A DNA stretch of 64,000 nucleotides. It comes from Candidatus Bathyarchaeia archaeon (GTDB lineage Archaea > Thermoproteota > Bathyarchaeia > 40CM-2-53-6). The DNA lies in assembly GCA_049517415.1 (NCBI GenBank), contig JBEKSC010000005.1, positions 33,746 through 97,745 on the forward strand, written 5' to 3'. Made by a program: the position numbers and the translations under genes. The notes below the pieces were generated by a model. That model saw nothing but the letters and a program-made list of their open reading frames with translations. It was not told the origin of the DNA and made no database searches. This document shows positions 48,863 to 60,075 of this stretch, in pieces (position 1 is the stretch's first letter; every line of letters starts with the position of its first letter).

Positions 48863-49729
48863 TTAACGTCGTTTGAGGAGTTTCGCTATCTCGCCAGGTT
48901 TGAGAGCGATCTTCACTCCTGCGTGTTTGAGGGCTGCGATTTTCGTTTCGGCTGTCCCAGCCTTCCCGGTGATGATCGCACCTGCGTGCCCCATGCGCTT
49001 TCCTGGTGGGGCGGCACGTCCAGCAACATAGGCGGCGATTGGCTTTGGGTATTTGGTCTTCCTTACGTATTCTGCAGCCATTTCTTCGGCGTTACCTCCA
49101 ATTTCGCCGATCATCGCAATCGCCTTTGTTGCAGTGTCCTTTCTGAACATTTCAAGGACGTCTACGAAGCTCAAACCTACAACTGGGTCACCCCCAACTC
49201 CGAGGCAGGTGGATTGTCCAAGGCCGGCGTTGGTGAGGCTCGCCGCGATTTCGTATGTTAACGTTCCACTCCTAGAAACTAATCCTACCTTGCCGGGTTT
49301 GAATATGTGCCCAGGCATTATGCCCAGCTTGCATTGCCCCGGAGTTATGATGCCAGGCGTATTTGGTCCGATGATGGTGGTTCCCTTCAGCTTGGCGACT
49401 TCCATCATCTGAATTTCATCCTTGACAGGAATTCCTTCTGTAATGACTATGACCGGGTTAAGGCCTGCGGCGATGGCTTCGAGAGTGGCGTCCTTGGCGC
49501 CTGGGGCTGGAACGAAGATGATAGACGCGGTGGCTTTGAACTTCTCAACAGCTTCCTGGACCGTGTCGAAAACCGGGATGCCGTGCACTACAGTTCCGCC
49601 TTTACCGGGTGTGGTTCCTGCAACTATCTTGCTTCCATATTCAAGCATCAGCTTTGTGTGAAAGGTTCCTTGTGAACCAGTAATGCCTTGGACGATCGCC
49701 TTGGTTTTCTTTCCCACTAGGATTGGCAT
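48863..49729 (-). CDS. sucD: Succinyl-CoA synthetase alpha subunit
   Basis: [27 protein letters not shown]. Confidence 0.95.
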   Translation of the reverse strand: MPILVGKKTKAIVQGITGSQGTFHTKLMLEYGSKIVAGTTPGKGGTVVHGIPVFDTVQEAVEKFKATASIIFVPAPGAKDATLEAIAAGLNPVIVITEGIPVKDEIQMMEVAKLKGTTIIGPNTPGIITPGQCKLGIMPGHIFKPGKVGLVSRSGTLTYEIAASLTNAGLGQSTCLGVGGDPVVGLSFVDVLEMFRKDTATKAIAMIGEIGGNAEEMAAEYVRKTKYPKPIAAYVAGRAAPPGKRMGHAGAIITGKAGTAETKIAALKHAGVKIALKPGEIAKLLKRR

Positions 49730-49730
49730 T

Positions 49731-50957
49731 TTACTTCGCCTTCGGAATTAACTCCACAGCTTTTGCCGCAGATTCTTCCATGCTATTCAGTGAGGGTATG
49801 TTAGCCGCGGCGAGAATCTTCTGTCCTTCTTTCTCGTTGGTTCCTACTAATCGGATGACCATGGGTTTGGTGATGCCTATTTTCTTCTGAATATCAAGAA
49901 TTGCTCTCGCAACGTCATCGCACCTTGTAATTCCACCCATAATGTTGATCAGAAGCACATTCACTTTGGGGTTGGCGAGCACGATCTCAAGGGCAGCGGC
50001 AATTCTTTCTTCGCTGGCACCGCCGCCCACGTCGCAGAAGTTCGCAGGCTTACCCTTGTAATCCAATATCATATCCAATGTAGCCATGACTAGGCCGGCG
50101 CCGTTTCCGATAATTCCAACGTCGCCATCGAGCTCAACATAGGCCAAACCTTTCTCCCGTGCCTTAATCTCAAGTTGTGTCATATCAGGTTCAAGCGTTT
50201 TCATGCGCTCGAGGAATTTCTGATGTCTGAAAAGCGCGTTATCATCTAAGAGGATCCTGAGGTCAGCTGCGATTAGCTCTCCGGCCTCAGTTTCAATTAG
50301 CGGGTTAGATTCGATTAGTTCAGCGTCGTAGTCGAGCATGATTTTGAAGAGCTTGTTGATGATGGAGGCTACCTGGTTCATCTGCTTACCAGAATATCCT
50401 ATTCCCTTCGCGACGGCTCTGCCCTCAAAATCCTGCAGCCCAATTAGTGGTTCAAGCTTGTGCCGGATGATTCTCTCAGGGTGTTCATTCGCGACCTGTT
50501 CGATGTCTGCGCCACCGTCCGTCGAGCACAGAATCGTGTAGCAACGCGACGCTCGGTCGACAACGATACTGACATACCGCTCATGTTTGCTGGCTAGTTT
50601 CTGTTCAACAAGAACCTTAGCAACTTTCTCACCCTTCACTGACATTGAAAGGATTACCCTTGCAACCTCCTCTGCCTCCTCGGGGCTCGAGGCTGGTTTG
50701 ATTCCCCCCGCCTTGCCCCGGCCCGCAACCAGAACCTGAGCCTTAATCATTGAAGGCTGGCCGAGCTTCAAGTAAGCATCCTTTGCTTCTTCGGGGGTTG
50801 ACGCGACTAACCCCTTTGGAACAGGAACGCCGTACTGTTGCGCGATTTCCTTCGCTTCATATTCGAAGAGCTTCAAATCGATCCTTATCCATGAATCCCG
50901 TAAATCTGTGCCCAAGACTGCTTGGATTCCGTAATAAAACAACGCTTGGACTATCAA
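49731..50957 (-). CDS. sucC: Succinyl-CoA synthetase beta subunit (true start likely at LKLFEYEAK)
   Basis: [36 protein letters not shown]. Confidence 0.95.
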   Translation of the reverse strand: MIVQALFYYGIQAVLGTDLRDSWIRIDLKLFEYEAKEIAQQYGVPVPKGLVASTPEEAKDAYLKLGQPSMIKAQVLVAGRGKAGGIKPASSPEEAEEVARVILSMSVKGEKVAKVLVEQKLASKHERYVSIVVDRASRCYTILCSTDGGADIEQVANEHPERIIRHKLEPLIGLQDFEGRAVAKGIGYSGKQMNQVASIINKLFKIMLDYDAELIESNPLIETEAGELIAADLRILLDDNALFRHQKFLERMKTLEPDMTQLEIKAREKGLAYVELDGDVGIIGNGAGLVMATLDMILDYKGKPANFCDVGGGASEERIAAALEIVLANPKVNVLLINIMGGITRCDDVARAILDIQKKIGITKPMVIRLVGTNEKEGQKILAAANIPSLNSMEESAAKAVELIPKAK

Positions 50958-51034
50958 TGCTTGTGGAGATGTAGAACATGGTTAGACCCGACAACATATA
51001 GATGCCCCAATTGTCAATAGTTAGGTAAACTACA

Positions 51035-51922
51035 ATGAGTTCCAGTAAATTGGAAACCGATACGAAAACCGGTCCGCTATATGGAAAGGTTTGCTTAGTA
51101 ACGGGGTCAAGTTCTGGTATTGGAAAAGCAACTGCAAGGGGACTTGCTTTACTTGGAGCTACTGTAGTGCTTGCGTGCCGAGACTCTGGTCGGGGAGAAG
51201 CGGCTAGGCAGGAGATCGTCAGAGAATCCTATAATGAAGACGTGAGCGTAGGTTTGGTGGATCTTGCTCGCTTCGAGTCTGTCCGCTCTTTTGCGGATGA
51301 CTTCCGACAGAGGTTCTCCCGGCTCGATGTTCTCGTTAACAATGCGGGAATTTACGCGAGTAAGCGTGTTGTCACGGCCGATGGTTTCGAAGCAACATTC
51401 GCTATCAACCACTTAGCTCACTTCCTTCTTACCAATCTGCTGTTGGATTTGTTGAAGGCAAGTGCACCGTCAAGAATCGTGAACGTCAGCTCTGCAGCGC
51501 ATAGTGGGGGACATATCAACTTCAATAATCTTCAAGGCGAGCGAAAGTATAGTGGATGGAAATCGTATCCCCAATCGAAGCTTGCAAACGTCCTCTTCAC
51601 TTACGAATTGGCTAGGCGATTGGAGGGAACTGGAGTTACGGTCAATTGTGTTCACCCAGGAACTGTGAGAACGAACTTTGCCCGGAACAACGGAGGCTTC
51701 ATGGGTTTAATTGTGAGAGTCTTCGCCCCCCTGATGCTAAGCCCGGAGCAAGGCGCAAAGACAGTGGTATGGTTGGCATCATCCCCTGAAGTTGAGCATT
51801 CGACCGGTAAATACTTCGCAAAGCAGTCCGAAATGAAGTCTTCAAAGGTATCCTATGATTTGGAAGTTGCAAAACATCTCTGGGAGGTCAGCCGTGAACT
51901 CACTGAACTCGGTCAGGTGTAG
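51035..51922 (+). CDS. SDR oxidoreductase (retinol dehydrogenase-like)
   Basis: TGSSSGIG, NNAG, YPQSK, HPG.V.T. Confidence 0.92.
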   Translation: MSSSKLETDTKTGPLYGKVCLVTGSSSGIGKATARGLALLGATVVLACRDSGRGEAARQEIVRESYNEDVSVGLVDLARFESVRSFADDFRQRFSRLDVLVNNAGIYASKRVVTADGFEATFAINHLAHFLLTNLLLDLLKASAPSRIVNVSSAAHSGGHINFNNLQGERKYSGWKSYPQSKLANVLFTYELARRLEGTGVTVNCVHPGTVRTNFARNNGGFMGLIVRVFAPLMLSPEQGAKTVVWLASSPEVEHSTGKYFAKQSEMKSSKVSYDLEVAKHLWEVSRELTELGQV

Positions 51923-52087
51923 AGTAACCCAGTCAGGTCTTAGCAATAATTGAGTTTTCAACTTCGAACTGCTTGAACGGACAATATCTTCAAATAGTTT
52001 GCTCGACCTCGTTGACGGCGATGACGCTGGGAGCGCAAACGCGCAGCCAGCCGACGATCGTTGGGACCAAGATATAGTTGAAAGTGA

Positions 52088-52603
52088 ATGGTAAAGACAA
52101 TTCTGGACGCATTTTGCGTGAAGTCCGGCATTCTATGCCGACGTTGTGAAGAGAAGGTCGAGAAGGGTCAGGTCACCGAGTTAGACCTTAAGGTAATCCA
52201 GCGGATAGTTGAACTCGAAAAGGATAACCCAATTCTCCAAGACGTTACTTATCATAGGGCTGTTGAAGCTGACGGCGTCATGGCCGTACTTGTGGACAAG
52301 AAGGACATGCCGAAGCTACTAGGCGGTGGAGCGAAAATCGTTAAGGATCTCGGAGACACCTTTGGCAAACGAGTGAAACTTATCAGCTACGGCGGGGACG
52401 ACCGAGAATTCCTGGAGGACCTCTTCAGCCCACTCTCAATTCTTACCATAAACACGGTTTGGATTCCAGATGGAACCCAAGAAACAAAAGTCATACTAAC
52501 CGGGAGAGAACCTCGGAGAATGCCGGTCGACTTGGAAAAAGTCCGCAAGATCGCCGAGGAACTAAAGGGCATGACGCTAAGGGTTGAGTTCGAGCGCTTC
52601 TAA
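52088..52603 (+). CDS. Archaeal NusA-like KH-domain protein
   Basis: FCVKSGILCRRC N-terminus, KH-like LLGGG, N.VW.PDG. Confidence 0.8.
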   Translation: MVKTILDAFCVKSGILCRRCEEKVEKGQVTELDLKVIQRIVELEKDNPILQDVTYHRAVEADGVMAVLVDKKDMPKLLGGGAKIVKDLGDTFGKRVKLISYGGDDREFLEDLFSPLSILTINTVWIPDGTQETKVILTGREPRRMPVDLEKVRKIAEELKGMTLRVEFERF

Positions 52604-52606
52604 CCC

Positions 52607-53947
52607 TCATGCGCCGAGTTCGTACCTCCGGCCCCTCAAAGGAGACTCTATTATTGCTAAGTCGGCAACGTATTTAGCGTAAAGACCGGGATGGTCTGTG
52701 TGAATAGGAAACAGTTTTCGTGGTTTGATTCGTTGAATGTTTGTTTTCAGTTCGCTGGGCATTATGTGCCCCGAGCAATGTATGTGGTACATTGGTAGGC
52801 CGAAATGGTCCAGCCAATTCTGTAATCGCTCGAACTCGAATTCCTGTTCCTCGTTGAATGGTTCTGATGTTGAGAGTACGAACACGCTCCCGGCCTTCGG
52901 CCTAATATCGACGAGTTCTTTGAAATCTGGCATTGAGAAGGCTACTACGAACTTATCCTGCTGCTCTCTCAACTCCTCGCTAGCAATCGTCTTTGCCTTG
53001 TCCATCACGGCCTCCTCCCAATCGTAGTACCGTTTCTTGGACCGTCTGAATACCGCTATGTTCTCGCTAGCGTCGAGAACCTTAGGAAGCCCTAGCTTTG
53101 GGTCCGATGACAGTTGGTTGAGGAGGTACGCCTGTTTCAGAGAGATGGCAAGCATTCTGTCGTTCTCTTTTGCGACTTCGTAAAATGTCCTTATCCGGTC
53201 AATATCCACATTGGAGAAGTTGGCTAGGACGAGGTTTTTTGTCGTCGAGATTAGTTGGTTGACTTTAGACTTAACTTCGGGTTCACTTGTGACATATCCG
53301 CCAAGAATATTTGTTCCCTCAGCCAACAACGCCTCGGGATTGGATTTGGCAGCGAGTTCGACGAAATCGTCTGTCAACTGCGGTTTGGTTCCGTGGACTC
53401 TAAAATCAGCCGTATAAACTATGGAACCTTGCGATGTCCTTATGATGAACCCGTAGGCTCCTGGGATGGAATGGTCAACGTGACATGGCGTTACATCTAT
53501 GTCTCCCACTTTGATCGTTTTCCCGGTTCTGAAGGTTTGAAAGTGAAGCCCGCGAATATCTGATTCGAAATGCCTCACCTTTGTGGCTGATATTGCTTCT
53601 AGAATTCGAGCGCAAGTTTCGCCGCAGTGGAGTGGTATCTCTCTCTTGAGGAATGAGATGTAGCCCCAGTGGTCTCCATGGGCGTGTGAGAGGAAAACTG
53701 CGTCGATAGACGGCTTGGACTCCTCGAATTCGTAAATGCCTTTGATGTTCGGAAGAATTCCAAATTCAAGGAGGTCTCGCTCGTCCCCCGGTGAAAGCAT
53801 CGGGTCAAAGAAGAACTTACGCCGGTCAGAATAACTCATACCGAAATCAAGTACCACCCGCGTCCCTTTGTCTTCGATGAGAATCTTGTTCCCTCCGATT
53901 TCACCCACGCCACCATGAAAAACGATCCCAGTCGAATCGGAAGGCAT
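52607..53947 (-). CDS. RNase J-like MBL/beta-CASP hydrolase
   Basis: GGVGEIGGN, DFG, SHAHGDH, DHS.PG, ADFR.HG, HCSGH, PIHT. Confidence 0.9.
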   Translation of the reverse strand: MPSDSTGIVFHGGVGEIGGNKILIEDKGTRVVLDFGMSYSDRRKFFFDPMLSPGDERDLLEFGILPNIKGIYEFEESKPSIDAVFLSHAHGDHWGYISFLKREIPLHCGETCARILEAISATKVRHFESDIRGLHFQTFRTGKTIKVGDIDVTPCHVDHSIPGAYGFIIRTSQGSIVYTADFRVHGTKPQLTDDFVELAAKSNPEALLAEGTNILGGYVTSEPEVKSKVNQLISTTKNLVLANFSNVDIDRIRTFYEVAKENDRMLAISLKQAYLLNQLSSDPKLGLPKVLDASENIAVFRRSKKRYYDWEEAVMDKAKTIASEELREQQDKFVVAFSMPDFKELVDIRPKAGSVFVLSTSEPFNEEQEFEFERLQNWLDHFGLPMYHIHCSGHIMPSELKTNIQRIKPRKLFPIHTDHPGLYAKYVADLAIIESPLRGRRYELGA

Positions 53948-54031
53948 GCCGCACACGATGTTCCAATTCAGGGTACGCTCTTTTATAACACGTGGATAGA
54001 CGCGCCACATCAGCGCGGCTAACAAAGAGTT

Positions 54032-54844
54032 ATGTGCTTCTCCCAGCTGCAAGAACATGAATACGTGGTTTCGTTGCTCAATGCTGTGTTGCTCGACTTA
54101 GGGGATACCCTTGCCTATATGAGCAGGCCTTGGGACGACGTATTCAATGACAACATAGAATCACTCCACGTTTACCTCAAGAAGTTAGGTCTTCAGTTAG
54201 ACTATCCACAATTCGCAGAGACATTCATTCGTATCTTCGATGACGCCGCGTCCAGAGCAGACCTCTTTAAGGTGGAAATCCCGATGGCGGATATAATTGC
54301 AAAAACACTTCGTAAATCTAGGTTAGAAGTTCTAGGCGTCGATTTGATTCGAAACGCGGAAATTGAATTCTTCTCGCCCGAGGTTGAAGCTTGGCACCTA
54401 TACCCGGACACCGTTGAGACATTAACGAACCTCAGAGATGAAGGGTTCAAGATGGGGCTAATCTCAAACGCCAAGAGCGACTGGGCAGTTCGCGCAATTC
54501 TGGAGAAAAATGATATCACAAAGTACTTCGGCAGCGTCGTCACCTCGGCTTCTCTGCGAATTAGGAAACCCAGGCCAGAAATCTTCACACGCACACTGAG
54601 CGACTTGGCGGTCAAACCCTCCGATACCGTCTTCGTTGGAGACTCGCTGGAGGCGGACATAAGCGGGGCAAGAATGGTTGGGATGCGTTCGATTCACGTG
54701 CTCCGGAAACCTATAGAAGCTGGACACCACGCTCAGCCGGAGGCAACGGTAACTAGCCTCACCGAAGCAGCTAACCAGATAAACGCATGGAGGAACGGAT
54801 TCCTCAAGGAGCCCCCAACTCTTCCAAGACATGGGCCCCCCTGA
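54032..54844 (+). CDS. HAD-family hydrolase
   Basis: DLGDTL, ISN, RKPRPEIF, GDSLEADI. Confidence 0.9.
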   Translation: MCFSQLQEHEYVVSLLNAVLLDLGDTLAYMSRPWDDVFNDNIESLHVYLKKLGLQLDYPQFAETFIRIFDDAASRADLFKVEIPMADIIAKTLRKSRLEVLGVDLIRNAEIEFFSPEVEAWHLYPDTVETLTNLRDEGFKMGLISNAKSDWAVRAILEKNDITKYFGSVVTSASLRIRKPRPEIFTRTLSDLAVKPSDTVFVGDSLEADISGARMVGMRSIHVLRKPIEAGHHAQPEATVTSLTEAANQINAWRNGFLKEPPTLPRHGPP

Positions 54845-55340
54845 CTTCACAACCTGCGGGCAGAGGTGGCTCATAGACAAGCCAATCTGTTATGTGCGAA
54901 TTTGGGATCGTTTTCATATTGGGTAACGCCCACCTGAACTGTCGCTCTACCACAACCGCAGCTTTTCTGAGAACCCCTCGCCTCCTCGGGTTGAGTAACG
55001 GATAGAAGCCGTTCATCGTATGAGACCAGACGCCGAATCCATTACGCTTGAATCGTCCGAAGTATGGGCTTGAAGTTGCTCGGTGCCGGTCAGCAACGAG
55101 CACAACATAGTTGAATGCTTTTGCGTAAGAACAACATTGCTCTAGTCCTCGCTTTATGGAATCATTTCGTGATTTGTATTCGAAAGCCCAGTAATCTTGG
55201 CCTTTCAGAGCCGCTACGTCTACCCAACAATGCTCGGCGGGGCAGAATACCTCGTTTGGGTGAGGTTTGAATCCTTGTCCTTGCAAGAAGGAGATTAGTT
55301 GTTGTCGGGCGACGGCGTAGCTTCGATTGTTGCTTGGCAT
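54804..55340 (-). CDS. PD-(D/E)XK-fold hypothetical protein
   Basis: EV...VDVAA...AFEYKS...GLEQC..Y. Confidence 0.7.
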   Translation of the reverse strand: MPSNNRSYAVARQQLISFLQGQGFKPHPNEVFCPAEHCWVDVAALKGQDYWAFEYKSRNDSIKRGLEQCCSYAKAFNYVVLVADRHRATSSPYFGRFKRNGFGVWSHTMNGFYPLLNPRRRGVLRKAAVVVERQFRWALPNMKTIPNSHITDWLVYEPPLPAGCEVRGAHVLEELGAP

Positions 55341-55567
55341 GCTTCAATATCCTATGTAGGTGCGTGTAGGGACTTTTCGATTTCATTGGTTTCGCAAAAG
55401 CAATTATATGTATTTTGGGTGTTTGTGCGTGGGTGTTATGCTAATGCTGGGTTCGGTTGGGGGATTTCTGGCTGCTGCTAGGCGTTGCTCTGACTTGTGG
55501 TTTCCGCCCGTCCGGAATCTTGAGGTCGAGAATCGTTCCGTCATGATGGAAACTTTCTAGGCTTGTC

Positions 55568-56620
55568 GTGACCTTGATGACCAACATGCGAATCGTTGAT
55601 CTGAGAAGCGATACTGTCACGCTTCCCACCGAGGAAATGCTTGAAGCAATGCGGACCGCCGAGCTAGGAGACGACGTCTACGGCGAGGACCCTACCGTCA
55701 ACCGTCTAGAGGAACTAGCGGCTAAGAAGATGGGCAAACAAGCTGCTCTATTGACAACCAGCGGAACACAAGCAAACCTTGTAAGCGTAATGAGTCAAGC
55801 CGAACGTGGCGATGAGATTATCCTTGAAAGCGAGGCTCACATGTACTTCTACGAGGTTGGAGCTTTCTCCGTTCTGGGAGGGTTAATTCCTCGTCTAGTG
55901 AAAGGCGATATGGGCGTGATGACGCCTGAGAGTGTTGAAGCAGCCCTCAGGCCTCCGGACATACACTTTCCACCCACAAGTCTGGTCTGTATAGAGAACA
56001 CGCATAACCGGGCTGGAGGAACGATGTGGACGCCAACCCAAATCAAAGCGGTATCCGACATCGCAAAGAAACACAAATTGAAAGTTCACATGGACGGCGC
56101 CAGGATTTTCAACGCCAGCGTTGCACAGAACCTAGATGTTCGCGAGTTTACGAAGCACGTAGATTCCTTAATGTTCTGCCTCTCAAAGGGGCTGAGTGCA
56201 CCTATTGGGTCGCTGGTAGTCGGCGACCAAGCGTTCATTGACAATGCGCGGCGGTATCGAAAAATGCTTGGTGGAGGCATGAGGCAAGCTGGGATAATTG
56301 CCGCGGCGGGTATTGTGGCTATTGAGAAGATGGTGGATCGGCTCAAAGATGACCATGCAAACGCAAAGAGACTAGCGACAGGATTGGCGAATCTGGGCTA
56401 CGGAGTAGACGCTTCGAAAGTTCAGACAAACATGGTCATCTGCGGCGTAAGCGCAGTAGGAACAAACTCGAGAGAATGGATATCGAAAATGAGGGAGCAT
56501 GGAGTGAAAACAGGCCCGGTCGACGCCGGTCGAGTAAGGATGGTAACCCATCGGGGCATAGAGAAGGAAGACATAGATCTTGCGATCAACGCCGCAGAGA
56601 AAGTTGTAAAACAGGCCTAA
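55568..56620 (+). CDS. ltaE: Low-specificity L-threonine aldolase
   Basis: DLRSDTVT, GDDVYGEDP, ENTHN, DGARIFNA, CLSKGL, GGGMRQAG. Confidence 0.93.
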   Translation: MTLMTNMRIVDLRSDTVTLPTEEMLEAMRTAELGDDVYGEDPTVNRLEELAAKKMGKQAALLTTSGTQANLVSVMSQAERGDEIILESEAHMYFYEVGAFSVLGGLIPRLVKGDMGVMTPESVEAALRPPDIHFPPTSLVCIENTHNRAGGTMWTPTQIKAVSDIAKKHKLKVHMDGARIFNASVAQNLDVREFTKHVDSLMFCLSKGLSAPIGSLVVGDQAFIDNARRYRKMLGGGMRQAGIIAAAGIVAIEKMVDRLKDDHANAKRLATGLANLGYGVDASKVQTNMVICGVSAVGTNSREWISKMREHGVKTGPVDAGRVRMVTHRGIEKEDIDLAINAAEKVVKQA

Positions 56621-56804
56621 TATCGCCCGAGCTATCGTTTCACTAGCCGTTTTGGTCGTGATCGCGGCAACGGTAGGTATACTCCGCTTTTACTTGGGAT
56701 TGTTAGGATACACCTTCACATTTACCATACCCGCACGTATACTGATCAAGTAGGACAAAAGAAAACTCGCCCTCACCCCACTGAACCTGAGGGCGTTCGC
56801 CAGG

Positions 56805-57482
56805 TCAAACGAGCTCAGCGATTATTTTCATCAAAATACTTCGCGCAAGCACAATTGGCTTTTGGGTACGTTCACGGACAATATCTTTCATCTTCGTAGA
56901 GTACCCCATGCAGTCCATAACGATCAAGCTTGGATTTGCTTGGGCCAAACGCGCAGCCGCATTTTCGACCCCACTCAGGTCCTCGTAGGGGTTTGCGGTC
57001 TCAATGTGCGGCCTAAGTCCCACTTTGGACCAGCGTTTCTTGACCTGAATGAGTTGGTCTGGAGACGGAACCATTACACCCAGCAACCCCTTTTTCATGA
57101 TTCCTGGGACGACCCCGTCAAGAAGGCGATTAGGCTCCAGCAGAGGGATTTTGGACTCTAGCCCGGCAAATTCTCCCGTGCAAAGTAAGGCCACTGCGGC
57201 AGCTCCGTCATGAGACATTTTATCAAGTCGTTTCTGAACTAGCGGAGCAATCCGTTGTCTAGCAACCATAACATCCGAACCGTCTCTCATTCTAGTTACG
57301 AGGGTATACTCACCCTTCTTTGGCGCAAGCTTAGCGATTTCATCTCCAGTAAGGCCATCCAGCGCGCCAGCTTCAATTGTCTCCAGATTAGCTGGCAAAT
57401 TTTGTGTCAGTTCGGGAATAATGTCAGGGCGAGGCGATTGCCCAATCGTCACGAACCCAATCTTCAAAACAGTCAACTCCAA
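56805..57482 (-). CDS. AroM-family protein
   Basis: TIGQSPR.D, LVTRMRDG, LCTGEF, MDCMGY. Confidence 0.9.
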   Translation of the reverse strand: MELTVLKIGFVTIGQSPRPDIIPELTQNLPANLETIEAGALDGLTGDEIAKLAPKKGEYTLVTRMRDGSDVMVARQRIAPLVQKRLDKMSHDGAAAVALLCTGEFAGLESKIPLLEPNRLLDGVVPGIMKKGLLGVMVPSPDQLIQVKKRWSKVGLRPHIETANPYEDLSGVENAAARLAQANPSLIVMDCMGYSTKMKDIVRERTQKPIVLARSILMKIIAELV

Positions 57483-57802
57483 CTGTATTCATGATCCAAA
57501 GCAGATAAAACCTCTCTGGCTAACATCCCCCGCGACGCACTATCTCTGAGAGAACTTGGTGGGGCCAATCTGATTTGACTCCAAGAGTCGTGGGACTAAT
57601 GGCCATTCCGAAAGTTCGAATGCATATTCTTTAAACTCCCTTTTGAAAGAATCTCGTCTGCGCTACAACGCGTTAAGATGCATCAGAGACGGCCGAATAC
57701 TCCAAAATCCAGAAATGGGAGGAGGGGCACAAATATGGTTCCAGGAAGAAGTGGTGGCGTGACGTTGAAGAGAGATCACACTAATGGAGAAGGGCGACGC
57801 AG

Positions 57803-58723
57803 ATGAAGGTCGTTGAGAAGAGTAAGGAGCTTTCGGAAATTGTCGACTGTACCTTCAGTCCACACAACAAACCTACTATGAAAGTGCAGCCTGGCGAAGA
57901 GGTGCGAATAGAAACTCGCGACTGCTTCGCCGATGTCATCAGGCCGGGTCGTGATTTGGCGAAAGTCCTGCAGTCTGGGGAGAGGGTACTTGATAATCCA
58001 GTGACAGGTCCGATTTTCATTGAAGGCGCAGAAAAAGGCGACACATTAATCGTTGATATAATCGACATTCAAGTGCCAGACATTGGGTTGACCACGATTA
58101 AGCCAGGTTTCGGGGCTTTGGAAGGATGGCTCAGCAAGTCTCCTGCGCTAACGAAATTCAGCAGCATAAGAAATGGTAAGGTCCACTACAAGACAGACCA
58201 CGGAAAAGAAATATCCTTTCCCATCAAACCCTTTGTAGGAACAATTGGAGTAGCCCCGCCCTTCGAGTCCACATCCACCCTGACCCCTTACAAGCACGGA
58301 GGAAACATGGACGTCCAAGATGTCTGTTCCGGGAATAGGCTCTACCTTCCCGTCGGTGTCGAAGGAGCGCTCTTCACTGCGGGAGACGTTCATGCAGCGC
58401 AAGGGGACGGTGAAATCTGCGGAACGGCAGTGGAAGTTCCGGCCGCGCTGACAGTAAAGTTTGATCTTCTGAAGAGCAAATCGATTGAATGGCCCAGAAT
58501 AGAGTCAACGGAAGAAATAATGGCTGTCTCAAGCGCAAGACCTCTCGAAGACGCGGCGCGTTTCGCATTCAGAGAACTAATACAATGGCTCAACGAGGAT
58601 TACGGTTTTTCAGTGTATGACGCTTACATGCTGTTGAGTCTGACAGCACGAGCGAGAATCGCACAAATAGTGGATCCTCTCTACACCGTAGTCGCGAAAT
58701 TTCCGAAAGAGTATCTAAAATAG
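57803..58723 (+). CDS. Acetamidase/formamidase family protein
   Basis: NPVTGP, HGGNMD, GDVHAAQGDGE. Confidence 0.92.
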   Translation: MKVVEKSKELSEIVDCTFSPHNKPTMKVQPGEEVRIETRDCFADVIRPGRDLAKVLQSGERVLDNPVTGPIFIEGAEKGDTLIVDIIDIQVPDIGLTTIKPGFGALEGWLSKSPALTKFSSIRNGKVHYKTDHGKEISFPIKPFVGTIGVAPPFESTSTLTPYKHGGNMDVQDVCSGNRLYLPVGVEGALFTAGDVHAAQGDGEICGTAVEVPAALTVKFDLLKSKSIEWPRIESTEEIMAVSSARPLEDAARFAFRELIQWLNEDYGFSVYDAYMLLSLTARARIAQIVDPLYTVVAKFPKEYLK

Positions 58724-58961
58724 AATCTCCGAGCAGTCCAATCCAAGAACGTGTCTGAATATCGAAATATATCGCAACTTCAGATGATTAGGTGACCACA
58801 TTACACTTCTGAAAAACTCAACGATCTTTTGCCATACCCTTTCTTGAAACCTTGCACTGGACGCGCGCGATGGCCTGATTCTCATAAATGATGTAAGAGC
58901 AAAAGCGAGAAATCCCCCTCAGGTACTAATTCAAAGAGATCAATTAGGGTCGAAGGATAAC

Positions 58962-59945
58962 ATGGAGTACCGTCAACTCGGCCGCACAGGCATGCGCGTT
59001 TCAACAATTAGCTTTGGGGCTTGGCCTATTGGTGGAGGCTGGGGAAATGTCGAGGATTCGGAATCATACGCGGCTTTGAACCGTGCGATCGATTCGGGTG
59101 TGAACTTCATCGACACAGCCGATGTATATGGTGATGGCAGGAGTGAACGATTAATCGGAAGGCTCCTCAAGGAACGAAAAGAGGAGATATTCGTAGCAAC
59201 AAAGGCAGGAGGGCGGCTTCAACCCCAATCCGCTGACGGCTATAATCTGAAGAACCTTGAATCCTTCGTTGACCGAAGCCTCAGCAACCTAGGCGTCAGC
59301 TCACTCGACCTACTTCAACTACATTCTCCGCCTAGCGAAGTCTACTACCATACAGAGACCTTCGACGCTCTTGACCAACTAAAGCGGAAGGGCAAGATCA
59401 AACACTACGGCGTAAGCGCCGTGAAAGTCGCCGAAGCTCTAAAGGCAATGGAGTACCCCGGCCTTGAGAGTGTTCAAATCATCTTCAACATGTTCCGCTT
59501 GAAGCCTGCCACGGAGTTTTTTCCGCAAGCCAAGCGAAGAAACGTCGGTGTTATCGTCCGCGTCCCGTTGGCGAGCGGTTTGCTCACAGGAAAGATGACC
59601 GGCAAGGAGGAATACCCCAGGGATGACCATCGGAATTTCAACCGTCACGGAGAAGCCTTCGACAAAGGTGAAACCTTTTCGGGAGTCGACTTAGACACAG
59701 GACTAGTGGCTGTTGACGAATTGAAGAAATTTACGCCAAGCGACTCAACGCTAACTCAGTTTGCGCTCCGTTGGATACTTATGTTCGACGCCGTCAGCTG
59801 TGTCATACCTGGGGCGAAGCGGCCCAGTCAAGTGGAGGAGAATGTGGCGGCGGCGACCCGTGCTCCGATTGACCCAGTCGTTATGAAGCAAGTTGAGGCA
59901 GTGTACGATCGCCTCATCCGCGAACAGGTTCACGCGCTCTATTGA
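58962..59945 (+). CDS. Aldo/keto reductase
   Basis: DTADVYG, ATK, QLH, RVPLASG. Confidence 0.92.
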   Translation: MEYRQLGRTGMRVSTISFGAWPIGGGWGNVEDSESYAALNRAIDSGVNFIDTADVYGDGRSERLIGRLLKERKEEIFVATKAGGRLQPQSADGYNLKNLESFVDRSLSNLGVSSLDLLQLHSPPSEVYYHTETFDALDQLKRKGKIKHYGVSAVKVAEALKAMEYPGLESVQIIFNMFRLKPATEFFPQAKRRNVGVIVRVPLASGLLTGKMTGKEEYPRDDHRNFNRHGEAFDKGETFSGVDLDTGLVAVDELKKFTPSDSTLTQFALRWILMFDAVSCVIPGAKRPSQVEENVAAATRAPIDPVVMKQVEAVYDRLIREQVHALY

Positions 59946-60075
59946 CACACTGCGATCGTGGAATACGGCGCAAGTTCATCTGTCGCGCCCACCCGTTTTC
60001 AATTTGAAGCTTCGAACGGTAGAAGCATCCGAAAGCTCCCAGCAGAAACTGTCGAAGCTTAAATAGAGCACGGGC

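Noticed and set aside
52017..52060. Fluoride riboswitch or C/D box sRNA
   Set aside because: Starts GGCGATG but lacks the riboswitch pseudoknot pairing and clear D'/C' boxes
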